Below are positions 46,255 to 55,132 of a stretch of 64,000 nucleotides of DNA, one piece after another. Under the pieces are notes generated by a model. That model was not told where the DNA came from, did not search any database, and saw nothing but the letters and a program-made list of their open reading frames with translations. A program made the translations under genes and the position numbers. Source of the stretch: a virus (Duplodnaviria > Caudoviricetes); the IMG/VR virus record IMGVR_UViG_2840949845_000010, positions 10,825 through 74,824 of that record. One strand, given 5' to 3'. The first letter of the stretch is position 1. Every line of letters begins with the position of its first letter.

Positions 46255-47166
46255 ATGGGCAAGAGACAAGCAGAGTTGGAGCTTCTGCAAGATCATCAAT
46301 TGCTTTCAGGAGGGGAGCCTGAAACCATTTCCTCCATATTCAGAGATCCAAATTATTATAAAAATATAATTAACGATATAAGAAAAGAAGATGAAAATTT
46401 ACGCGCTAATATTTTTATTTTATCGCGGTACTTTTGGCACATTCTTACCGAAGAAAACACATTGAGCGCGCTTAATCTGAATAAAAGGTGCGGAGTAATT
46501 TCAGGTATATTTGAGAAAATATTACGGGAATACTCCTGCAATGACTTGGGGCCAACATTAGTCTCTGAAATGCTCCACGCAATTTCAGGATATATGATGA
46601 AATGCTCGAAGAGTAGGCGCGATAAAGAAATTGCAAGATGTAAAGAAGAGGAGGCGTTTTTTGTCTCTAAATCTATATCGCGCTCATCTGAAATACAGCG
46701 GAAACGATCTTTCATTGAAGCTAATTGGCATGTTTATTCCACGGAACACCCGAATTGTTATATAGGCGATCTTGACGGGATTATAGATGAAGGTAGGCGA
46801 TATGGTTGTTCTGGCAGTCTTTGGGACCGCCAGAAGGTTAATTTTACCATATCGGTTGCATACGGCACACAGATGCTGATCGGACTGAACGAGAAGCCGT
46901 CATTTCGTGAATCATCCGAATTTAAGAATATAGTACGTGGATACATTCTTCATCAAATCAATCGAAGAAATAGTGGAGATATTATCCCTCACGGTGAACG
47001 GGCAGACTTTATTATGTATCTCGCCATATATTTCCGCAACACATTATCAGGTCGAGAATTTTTAAATAAATACAATACAATTAGGAAGACTCGGCGGTCT
47101 CATAATGAGTGGAAACTTCCTCCGCAAGACAAGGAGTACATTGTTAATTCTTATTATTATGGATAA
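46255..47166 (+). CDS. AT-rich cargo hypothetical protein (~303 aa)
   Basis: Long ORF in a low-GC island; GGGGAG RBS. Confidence 0.7.
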   Translation: MGKRQAELELLQDHQLLSGGEPETISSIFRDPNYYKNIINDIRKEDENLRANIFILSRYFWHILTEENTLSALNLNKRCGVISGIFEKILREYSCNDLGPTLVSEMLHAISGYMMKCSKSRRDKEIARCKEEEAFFVSKSISRSSEIQRKRSFIEANWHVYSTEHPNCYIGDLDGIIDEGRRYGCSGSLWDRQKVNFTISVAYGTQMLIGLNEKPSFRESSEFKNIVRGYILHQINRRNSGDIIPHGERADFIMYLAIYFRNTLSGREFLNKYNTIRKTRRSHNEWKLPPQDKEYIVNSYYYG

Positions 47167-47256
47167 ACAAAAAAACATTTCAGAATTTAATAATTTTATT
47201 GGCTGAATTCTATTGCCGTCACCTCATTATCTGCTGTTTATCCGAATGATATACGA

Positions 47257-47372
47257 AACGGCGGACCTTCACTGCCACTGCTATGCGCTGTCAAAAAAAA
47301 AAAACTTTGAGGCCGCCCAGGATATCGACAACTCCCTGATTGTCCAGATCAAAGGCAACCAGCAGACCTTAG
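47257..47372 (+). mobile_element. ISAs1-family transposase remnant
   Basis: TAD..HC..KK.FEAA...LIVQIKGNQQTL. Confidence 0.65.
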
Positions 47373-47573
47373 CATCCATCAGTTTGGTGCGACCATAGCG
47401 CCTTGATCGTCAACCTGTCCAAGCTGGCGGGTTAGAGAGCAATCAATAACTCTCTTCGCCGAGACTTCGGCATTTCCCTAATGCAAATTCGTCTGACTCC
47501 AAGAACACGGTGACTGTTCACAGTCATCGTTTGCCTTTCTCTTTCAAACCCCAACGCCAGGGAACCCAGAATC

Positions 47574-48002
47574 ATGTCCACCGCCAAGAAGTTTCTGATC
47601 TCCTTCGACCCGGCCAACATCCTGAAGGGCGTCACCTACGCCTCCATCGAGCGCGAGGCCCGCAAGCGCACCTACGTCAAGATCGAGAATGCCGGCGAGT
47701 ATGCGGGCATTCAGGGCAGCCCGGCCGGTGAGGGCTTCTACGTCAACCCCGAGAACATCCTGAAGGCCGACGCCACGTTCGAGGATTTCAACGCCGCTCG
47801 CCGCAGCTTCAAGGGGCTGGTCGAGAACCTGAACGATCTGACGGCGGCGACCGAGGAAAAGCACAAGGACATCGAAGCCGACTACAAGGCGCAGCGCGCC
47901 GCGCTGATCGAAGGCTTCAAGTCCAGCCTGCTGCCGGCCCCGGTTCCGGTTCCGGTCGAACCGGAGGCCGAGCCGGTCCCGGCGGAAGACGCCGCCGCCT
48001 GA
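47574..48002 (+). CDS. Hypothetical protein
   Basis: Strongly biased codons; followed by a terminator. Confidence 0.8.
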   Translation: MSTAKKFLISFDPANILKGVTYASIEREARKRTYVKIENAGEYAGIQGSPAGEGFYVNPENILKADATFEDFNAARRSFKGLVENLNDLTAATEEKHKDIEADYKAQRAALIEGFKSSLLPAPVPVPVEPEAEPVPAEDAAA

Positions 48003-48067
48003 TCGGCGCGCCGGTCGGGAGCTTCACGTCAGGATTAGCGAAGCTCCCCAAACCCCACCGCGTCTGG

Positions 48068-48096
48068 AAGCCCGCCCCCCGGCGGGCTTTTCTTTT
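48068..48096 (+). terminator. Rho-independent terminator
   Basis: AAGCCCGCC-CCCC-GGCGGGCTT followed by TTCTTTT. Confidence 0.8.
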
Positions 48097-48125
48097 GCCT
48101 GTCCACAACAGGAGCAACCCCACCC

Positions 48126-48529
48126 ATGCATGACTGGGTGCAAGCCTTTACGGACGGCTCCAGCTTTCCCAAAGGACCGAGTGGGTGGGCGGTGGTGTGG
48201 CTCTATGGCGGCCAGACCTACGAGCAGTCCGGGGCCGCACCCCAGGGAGACAGAGCTACCGCATGGAGTTGACCGCCACCCTGGTGGCGCTGTCCACCCT
48301 GCCGAACGGCGCCAAGCTGGTCATCACCACCGATTGCCGACCGGTCCTGAACCACGCCCTGTCCCGCGTTCAGCGCCGCCGCGATGCCGATCTCTGGCAG
48401 GCCGTCGATTTCCACGCCCGGCGCATGACCGACGTGCGCTGGGTCTGGACCAAGGGTCATGCGGGAAACCCCTTCAACGAACGCGCCGACCAACTGGCCC
48501 GCGCCGCCGCCGAAAGCCTCAGACCATGA
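48126..48529 (+). pseudogene. rnhA: Ribonuclease HI, frameshifted near 48250
   Basis: FTDGSS...GWA in one frame; RMELTA, TTDC and WTKGHAGNPFNERADQLA in another. Confidence 0.85.
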
Positions 48530-49551
48530 GCCTGACCACCCATGTTTCCAGCCCGCCGGGGCCGCCCCCGGCGAAGGAGACCACCGCCGAGGTGCTGGTC
48601 TCCATGCTCACCGAGAACACCGGGCGCCACTTCCTGGACAGCGGCGGCGCCTATGGCCGGAACTGGGAGCGCAACCACAACAAGGGCCTCGCCGAGTTCG
48701 AGGCCGAGCCTGCGACCAAGACGGAGTTCTGCCTGCGGGAGGGCGAAACCACGGGTGAGGTGTCCATCACCATCAACGTCTTCCACTGGCTGAAGGACCG
48801 GCTCGACATCAACCACCAACTCGACGCCTTTTTCTTCGAGTGGGTTGAAACGCAGAACGCGGCGCGCTCCTGGTTCGATTTGGTCGAACGCTTCGTGTCG
48901 AACGAGGACGATGAACTGAAGGCGTTCATCGAAAGCCGGCGCCGGGACGGGGAATACCGGACCCGGATCGAAGAGATCCTGTATGAGGCGCTGGAGGAGC
49001 ATGGGCATCTCCCCGACCCGCTGAACCACACGCGGGCGGGCTTCACCCACAACACCTACAACGGCGAAGACGTCCTTTCCCAGACCATCCAATACACGAT
49101 GTTCGGCCTCGGCTACGGGGATGTCGGCTGCTTCCTCTTCATCCATGGCGGGTGCGACGTGCGCGGTGGCTACACCCGGCCCCGTGCTTTCGATGTCGGC
49201 AACGGCAACGGTTGGGAAAGCATCTTCGACAATGCCCGCGTCACGCTCGGCCCGGACCCCGACAAGGAGGAGCGGGACGAGTATTTGTCGGACCACGGTG
49301 AGCCTGAACTGCCCGGCATCCCGCCGAAGACGCTGATCGACCCGTGGAACATCACCTGGGACAGCGACAACGCCGGTTCTTCTTTCTACCCCTGCGGCAA
49401 CGAGTACCCGGCCAAGCTGCTGGCCTTCGACGAGTACGAATGGTCGGAGGACCCCGAGGATCGGGGCAAGGGCGTCGTCTATTTCGACCGCGAGACCTCC
49501 ACCGCCCACTGCCCGGTCACGGGCTTCCCGCTTGTCGGCTCCTGGTATTGA
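48526..49551 (+). CDS. Conserved-looking acidic phage protein
   Basis: ATGA-coupled start; MLTENTGRHFLDSGGAYGRNWERN and IHGGCDVRGGYT. Confidence 0.8.
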   Translation: MSLTTHVSSPPGPPPAKETTAEVLVSMLTENTGRHFLDSGGAYGRNWERNHNKGLAEFEAEPATKTEFCLREGETTGEVSITINVFHWLKDRLDINHQLDAFFFEWVETQNAARSWFDLVERFVSNEDDELKAFIESRRRDGEYRTRIEEILYEALEEHGHLPDPLNHTRAGFTHNTYNGEDVLSQTIQYTMFGLGYGDVGCFLFIHGGCDVRGGYTRPRAFDVGNGNGWESIFDNARVTLGPDPDKEERDEYLSDHGEPELPGIPPKTLIDPWNITWDSDNAGSSFYPCGNEYPAKLLAFDEYEWSEDPEDRGKGVVYFDRETSTAHCPVTGFPLVGSWY

Positions 49552-49561
49552 GGAGAACTCC

Positions 49562-50320
49562 ATGCTTTCCGAATATTTCAGGCGTGAACTCGAAGCGGTC
49601 GGTTACGAGCCGACCGATGTCACTTGGTCCCTGGGCTACAGCCAGGGCGACGGCATGGCCTTCGAGGCGCGGGTCGATCTGGAAAAGGTCGCCGGTCGTC
49701 TGCTGGCCGGGCCGCAGAAGGCGGCCATCACGCGGGTCATCAAGAAGGCCGGGCCGTCGATCCGCATCCGGCACTCCGGTCATTACTCCCATTGGAACTC
49801 CATGAGCGTGGACGCCGAGGATGTCTCGGTCGAGAGCGACGGCTCGGCGTTCGAGCGCAAGGCGTGGTCCGATCTGGTCGATGCCATTGATGAGGATGTG
49901 AAAACGATCAGCCGCCGGTTGGAAACGGACGGATACAGCCTGCTCGAAAACTGCAACCCCGCTTGGTTCGTGACGGACAAGGAGGGACAGTTCGGCGACC
50001 CCAGCCACGTCGTGTGGCGGACCTTCGAGATTGGGCGCTTCCGTGTCGTTCAGAAGCTGGTCGAGGACAACAACTTCGACGGCTATCGGTTCAATGACGG
50101 CCTTGTGAAGGCCATCGTCAAAGGCGAGACCCTGGTCTGCGGGGTCGAGGCCACGGTCTTCGACGCCGAGCGCGACATCGAACTCGGCAGCGCCAGCCTT
50201 TGGGGAATCACCGACGCCCCAAACCTCACCCGTGTCAGGCAATGCCTCCGGGAAACCACGCGCGAGGCCATCGCCGACGCTCGCGAAACCATCAACAGGT
50301 TTACGGGGAGGGCGGCATGA
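49562..50320 (+). CDS. Hypothetical protein (YSQGDG motif family)
   Basis: GAGGAG RBS; WSLGYSQGDGMAF...HYSH. Confidence 0.75.
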   Translation: MLSEYFRRELEAVGYEPTDVTWSLGYSQGDGMAFEARVDLEKVAGRLLAGPQKAAITRVIKKAGPSIRIRHSGHYSHWNSMSVDAEDVSVESDGSAFERKAWSDLVDAIDEDVKTISRRLETDGYSLLENCNPAWFVTDKEGQFGDPSHVVWRTFEIGRFRVVQKLVEDNNFDGYRFNDGLVKAIVKGETLVCGVEATVFDAERDIELGSASLWGITDAPNLTRVRQCLRETTREAIADARETINRFTGRAA

Positions 50321-50448
50321 CCATCATCGTCTGCACCTACCAGCGCCAGGACGGCCACAGCGTTGTCCTGATCCAGCATGGCCGGATCGAAACGGGGCAC
50401 GCGCTGTGTCCGGCGATCTACCCGGTGGACCAGTTGCTCCAGCCGGGC
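50317..50448 (+). pseudogene. Small gene truncated by the IS remnant
   Basis: ATGA-coupled start MTIIVCTYQR runs into transposase sequence. Confidence 0.45.
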
Positions 50449-50676
50449 GTCCTGCCATGGTCCACAGGGTCTTTTCCAACCTCAAGACCTGGGCGCTCGG
50501 CGTCTATCACGGCCTGCGGCCAAAGCCATCTTCAGGCCTACCTCGACGAATTCGTCTTCCGATTCAACCGGCGGTCAACTCCACACGCAGCCTTCCGATC
50601 CTTCCTCGGGATCGCCATCGCCAAAAAACCCGCAACTTACAATATGTTGATTGCACTGGACGCTCATGGATAAGCC
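50449..50676 (+). mobile_element. IS1595-family transposase 3' remnant with probable right end
   Basis: VHRVFSNLKTWALGVYHGLR / HLQAYLDEFVFRFNRR split across frames; ends GGATAAGCC. Confidence 0.8.
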
Positions 50677-50704
50677 ATATCAGATAAATGATAATAAAAA
50701 GATT

Positions 50705-51190
50705 TTATTTCCCTCCTTCCGCCGAAGCCGTCTTTTGATTACAGACTAGACTAAGTTTTACCTGAAGAATATCGTCATATTCTTTTCGGAATACTAAATC
50801 AGAATTCCGTATCTTCTGCATATCCTCGTATATATCCGAAATATGTTCTATAACTGTCACTATGTTATCTGGACCACCAATAGGAGCGCTGTAAATTTTC
50901 TTACTTACTATCGAATCTCTATCTTGATATTTCGTTTTCGGTAAAATATTAATGTAATTACTCTCTCCCATTTCCAATAATGGAAAAGTCATTTTGCATA
51001 ATTCCGATCTAGAAGCTTTCGATGCCTCCACAAGAAAGTTGCTTCTTGTTTGATTTTTTGTCTCAGCTACAGAAATTTGGTTGACCCAATAAGCCACAAC
51101 TGCTGCCATGATAGCGGCGATGACAGCAGCTAGACCCGCAGGTATATCTTTTTTTAGAAATCCCATCATCATCCCAAGAAACCTTATCAT
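50705..51190 (-). CDS. AT-rich cargo membrane-anchored protein
   Basis: N-terminal hydrophobic helix LAAVIAAIMAAVVAYWV. Confidence 0.7.
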   Translation of the reverse strand: MIRFLGMMMGFLKKDIPAGLAAVIAAIMAAVVAYWVNQISVAETKNQTRSNFLVEASKASRSELCKMTFPLLEMGESNYINILPKTKYQDRDSIVSKKIYSAPIGGPDNIVTVIEHISDIYEDMQKIRNSDLVFRKEYDDILQVKLSLVCNQKTASAEGGK

Positions 51191-51232
51191 TATGCAGCGC
51201 CAATTCCGAATGATATCTGAATATTACTGTGC

Positions 51233-51841
51233 TTAGACAACGCTTATTCCCGGTACCGAAGAGTAATCGCGGCTTGTTTCGGCGGCAACAAGAAGGTTAT
51301 TTGTCCGAACTGATGATCTCATTCCATATATATCATAGATATCAGCCGTTCGTGGAGCCACCTCATAGGGACTTGACCCAGAGAAGATTCGAGGTTGACC
51401 ACTGCTAATGCGCCGCCATTCGTCAATCGGAAGGCGATGCGCACGATGCAGCGATATGTTATTGAATGCGTTAATATCAACTCTTCCATTCTGCGATTTG
51501 TCCGAATCATTTAATAAGGCGATTCGTCCACTAGCAGGTTCTTCAACCGACCACAAAGTAGCAACAGAGAAAATCCCGATCATCGCCAAAAGAAGTGCCG
51601 GAATAAAAGCCTCTGCTTCCCTGGAAGTGAATGTCCCTGTACCAACAACAAGAAGTCCAGTAGCAAAACCAGCGGACTTCACAAAATTTCGTCGGGAAAT
51701 ATCTAGGATGGGTGCTTTTGAAGAAGAGATAGAGCTTGGCTTATAGCTATGGAAAACCTCGTCAAACTCCCGAAGGGCTACTTTGTTTTGAAGCATTGCG
51801 ATGGGAAAGCTTGCAACCCTTTTTGTTTCGAGCATCATCAT
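51233..51841 (-). CDS. AT-rich cargo protein with a twin-arginine (Tat)-like signal
   Basis: SRRNFVK, hydrophobic stretch, AEA cleavage site, then a second hydrophobic segment. Confidence 0.7.
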   Translation of the reverse strand: MMMLETKRVASFPIAMLQNKVALREFDEVFHSYKPSSISSSKAPILDISRRNFVKSAGFATGLLVVGTGTFTSREAEAFIPALLLAMIGIFSVATLWSVEEPASGRIALLNDSDKSQNGRVDINAFNNISLHRAHRLPIDEWRRISSGQPRIFSGSSPYEVAPRTADIYDIYGMRSSVRTNNLLVAAETSRDYSSVPGISVV

Positions 51842-52012
51842 AAATCAACCTCAATTTTTAGTTTTGAGCGATTTGCGTCAAAAAATGGTAAATCATATGC
51901 CAGAAAGAATCAACAGGCTATGCGATATCCACCCAACCGCCTTGAAATTTATATGCCCACAAACTAAATAACTTTAGGGTGTTTTTGTCGTTCTCCGCTT
52001 TCTTATTGGGAC

Positions 52013-52732
52013 CTATCGTTGAATTGCGGTAAAATTCTTAAAGGCTACCTTCGATCTTTTGAATGGGTCACCTTTAAAAAATACCCCTGGTTTCCCTACT
52101 GAATTTGGTGTATTTAAACGTATCGATCCGACCAAAACGCCATTTACGTAACCTCTTACAGTTTGTCCATAATGTATAATAGTCAGATTATTTTCACCAC
52201 TATTTATTGATGAACTCCGTTGCCAACCCGTCCAGTTTTTTTCTGATTCATATAGATACCATTGATCTTCAGAAACTCCAAAAAATCCGCCAATAAAGCG
52301 AAGCTCGACTGGCCGATCTGTGTCATTACTGATGCGATTCAATGATACCGTCAGCAAATAAGGCGCCTTCAGTACAGCATTATATTCAAAACTAGCATAT
52401 GACCATGAGCTAGCCTGCCCGCCAGTAGCAGCGACAAACTCACCTTCTTTCCATTCTATTATATTTCCAGCTTCGATGCGCCATTGCTCGACGGGTTTCA
52501 GAAATATAGAAGCCTTTTCAGAAGGTTTCTTCGAGTAATAATTTAGTCCACCCCCTCCTATAGGCCTGCTTTCACAAGAAGATAAAAATATTGCTGCGCT
52601 TATAAGAAATGAAAATAAAAATTTTTCTCCCGTGATAATAAAAATACTGCAAATTTTTTTATTTATGTTTTCTAATTTTTTGATATTCATAAGCATCATT
52701 TGACTCCTAAAATTTTTTGCAAAACTGTCCAA
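52013..52732 (-). CDS. AT-rich cargo lipoprotein with a ConA/LamG-like beta-sandwich
   Basis: LSSC lipobox; NNLTIIHYGQTVRGYVNGVLV; true start uncertain. Confidence 0.65.
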   Translation of the reverse strand: MDSFAKNFRSQMMLMNIKKLENINKKICSIFIITGEKFLFSFLISAAIFLSSCESRPIGGGGLNYYSKKPSEKASIFLKPVEQWRIEAGNIIEWKEGEFVAATGGQASSWSYASFEYNAVLKAPYLLTVSLNRISNDTDRPVELRFIGGFFGVSEDQWYLYESEKNWTGWQRSSSINSGENNLTIIHYGQTVRGYVNGVLVGSIRLNTPNSVGKPGVFFKGDPFKRSKVAFKNFTAIQR

Positions 52733-53492
52733 GGATAAATCACAACCGTGCCATATAAATTTTCCCCTTTTTGCGAAAAAAATTGCAACCGAAAAGCCTC
52801 TGTACGATTCTAAATCTCCTATTTTTCGAACGACCTGAGAATCAGAATACCTTTTTCAACGAGATTGATGGCTTCGTACAGCAGCATATCGACCTTAAGG
52901 TATCCACGCACCATAGAATTTTCACGAAAATAAATGGGCATCGTAGAATGAAATTTATATAGGTAAGAATTAGTATATTTTCTGAAAACAACAGATAAAT
53001 CTGAAATTATGGTGTAATAATTATAAAAAAATCGAGATAAAATCGAAATCGGATTTATAGCATTGATAGATAGCGCCAATTCAATGAAAATACATCAAAA
53101 TCGGACGAATGGTTAACCGAACTCAATTATATTTCTAATAATTTCTTACCGATCTCTACGTCATCGCGCGCCAGAATGGGCGGATAGGGCGATCCAGGGA
53201 GGCGCTATAGCAGGCCGCCCACAGCCCGACGAGGACAGGGGGGCAGACGGGGAAGCAGCGTTACCATGGCAGGGTGCGCACCCCAACGGCCCTGATGCAA
53301 CGGCAGGCCAACGCACCACAGGACCTACCCCACCCGCGCGCCCTCTGGACGCGGGAGAGAGGGTGCCCCCAGCCCCATAGAGGGCCGACAGCCTCCCCCA
53401 CCCCAGGGCTGTTCAACGCTGATCTTTGGATGCTGACAGCGGTCGATGGGCTGGTAAAAAAGAGATTCCTTCGACGGCTTTTGTCTGAATCT

Positions 53493-54194
53493 ATGGCGGG
53501 CAACCATGCACGAGGGTTGACTGCCCTTGATCCCGTCGCCGCCGCGTTGGCCTCCGTCAATCAGGCCGCCGCCCAGATCGGCGAACAGGCGACCGCCCAG
53601 GCCGCCGCTGCCCAGCAAGCCGCCGCCGCCACGGCGGTGCCGGCCGTCGCCAACACCCACGCCCTCGCCCCGGTTCAGCCGGGCAAGCGCCTCTCCATGG
53701 ACGACGCCCTGGAGATGACCGGCATGGCGGTCGAGGCGTATCTGAACCTCACCGAGAGCGCCATTCAGGTCGGCAAGGTCGGCTTCCACGAGAAGCTGGT
53801 CGTCGGCATCGACATCACCGAGGTCCAGCCGTTCTACGGCGTGTCGTGGGGCAACCCGGCCAAATATGGCCGCTCCTACGACCGCGTGCTCACGGTCGGC
53901 GGCGGCTCCTGGGCGCAGACGCTTCAGGCCGCCTCCGCCGACCCGGCCAAGGCGGGGTCGGAGTACATCTCCTACGAAATCCCGATGACCGTGGTCGAGG
54001 CCGGCACCGTCATCGGCTTCAGCCCGAGCGTGACCAACGCCAAGGATTTCAAGGCGCTGGTCCAGCAGGCCAAGGCCCAGGGACTGACCCGCATCAAGGT
54101 CGAGCTGACCCACAAGCTGAAGACCAACACCAAGGGCAAGTGGGGCAGCCTGATCTACAAGCTGGTCGGCGAATGGGAAGAGGACGGCGAGTAA
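53493..54194 (+). CDS. Putative ssDNA-binding/annealing protein
   Basis: First gene of the replication operon; acidic C-terminus (EWEEDGE); start uncertain. Confidence 0.55.
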   Translation: MAGNHARGLTALDPVAAALASVNQAAAQIGEQATAQAAAAQQAAAATAVPAVANTHALAPVQPGKRLSMDDALEMTGMAVEAYLNLTESAIQVGKVGFHEKLVVGIDITEVQPFYGVSWGNPAKYGRSYDRVLTVGGGSWAQTLQAASADPAKAGSEYISYEIPMTVVEAGTVIGFSPSVTNAKDFKALVQQAKAQGLTRIKVELTHKLKTNTKGKWGSLIYKLVGEWEEDGE

Positions 54195-54205
54195 GGGCGG
54201 AACCG

Positions 54206-54227
54206 GGCGGGGTCGAAAGACCCCGCC
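54206..54227 (+). other. Perfect 9-bp GAAA-tetraloop hairpin
   Basis: GGCGGGGTC-GAAA-GACCCCGCC; no U-tract. Confidence 0.6.
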
Positions 54228-54245
54228 TCAACGGTGGAGTTGCCG

Positions 54246-54365
54246 ATGATCTCCTCTCACTTCTGGCACTCGTTCCTTGCCCATCCCCTCATGGCCGTTC
54301 TGCACCTCATCGGCGCTCGGCAAACGGGGGACTGGGTTCACGATCACCTCATCCGGGAGCCGTAA
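54246..54365 (+). CDS. 39-aa His-rich microprotein (missing from the ORF track)
   Basis: GGTGGAG RBS; MISSHFWHSFLAHPLMAVLHLIGARQTGDWVHDHLIREP; fills the gap exactly. Confidence 0.7.
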   Translation: MISSHFWHSFLAHPLMAVLHLIGARQTGDWVHDHLIREP

Positions 54366-54366
54366 G

Positions 54367-55125
54367 ATGATCCGCATCTATGACGGCAATCTCGTCGTCC
54401 GCCAGCGCCTGGAAACCGACACCACCGGGTTTTGCCTGCGCAACCTGTATCTGGAAGCGGCCAACCCCCACGGCGTCTTGGACATCTGGGTGTTCGACCA
54501 CCCGGCGGGCAACGCCAAGCGCCGGGACATCTACCCCGACTACAAGGCCAACCGCGAACCGCCGGCCGAGGACGTGCAGGCGTTCATGCGTCTCTGGCAG
54601 GAGATGGTGAGGCTGACCCCGGCCTTTTCCTGCATCGTCCCCGGCTATGAGGGGGACGACGTGATGGCCCACCTCGCGATCCGCTACGCGGTCCAGCACC
54701 AGCAGACGGTGGAGGTGGTGACGCGAGACGCCGACATCCGGCAGCTCGAACAAATCCCCCGCATCACCGTCACCGCCCAATCCCTGAAGGATGTGCCGCC
54801 AAACCTGATCCGCCTCTACAAGGCGACGGTCGGCGACCCTTCGGACAACATCAAGGGTGTGCCTGGTTTCGGGGTGAAGACCTGGGAAGGCTGCGACAAG
54901 AGAGCGTTGCGCGACTGGTTCGAGGCCCCCTTCGACGCCGCCCCGCCGACCGATCTGCCGCCCAAATGCAAGAACGCCATGGCCGCAAACCCGGCGCACT
55001 TCCAGGCCCTCTACCGGCTGGTCGGCTTCCTGCCCATCGAGACCGAGCTGGTCAACCAGCACCTCGTCGCCGGGCGGCACGACCCGGACGCCGTGGAAAC
55101 CATGCTCGCCCAGTATCTCATGTGA
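54367..55125 (+). CDS. 5'-3' exonuclease (flap endonuclease, PolI N-domain-like)
   Basis: YDGN, YPDYKANR, GYEGDD and VGDPSDNIKGVPGFG. Confidence 0.92.
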   Translation: MIRIYDGNLVVRQRLETDTTGFCLRNLYLEAANPHGVLDIWVFDHPAGNAKRRDIYPDYKANREPPAEDVQAFMRLWQEMVRLTPAFSCIVPGYEGDDVMAHLAIRYAVQHQQTVEVVTRDADIRQLEQIPRITVTAQSLKDVPPNLIRLYKATVGDPSDNIKGVPGFGVKTWEGCDKRALRDWFEAPFDAAPPTDLPPKCKNAMAANPAHFQALYRLVGFLPIETELVNQHLVAGRHDPDAVETMLAQYLM

Positions 55126-55132
55126 GGCCCGG

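Noticed and set aside
47430-47570. tRNA or ncRNA in the hairpin-containing gap
   Set aside because: Only two short stems; no cloverleaf, T-loop or CCA
52819-53079. 86-aa minus-strand ORF
   Set aside because: TTG start, no RBS or motif; probably promoter DNA or a remnant
51196-53082. AGCGCCAATTC repeated within the AT-rich island as a target duplication
   Set aside because: Short and does not coincide with the island borders
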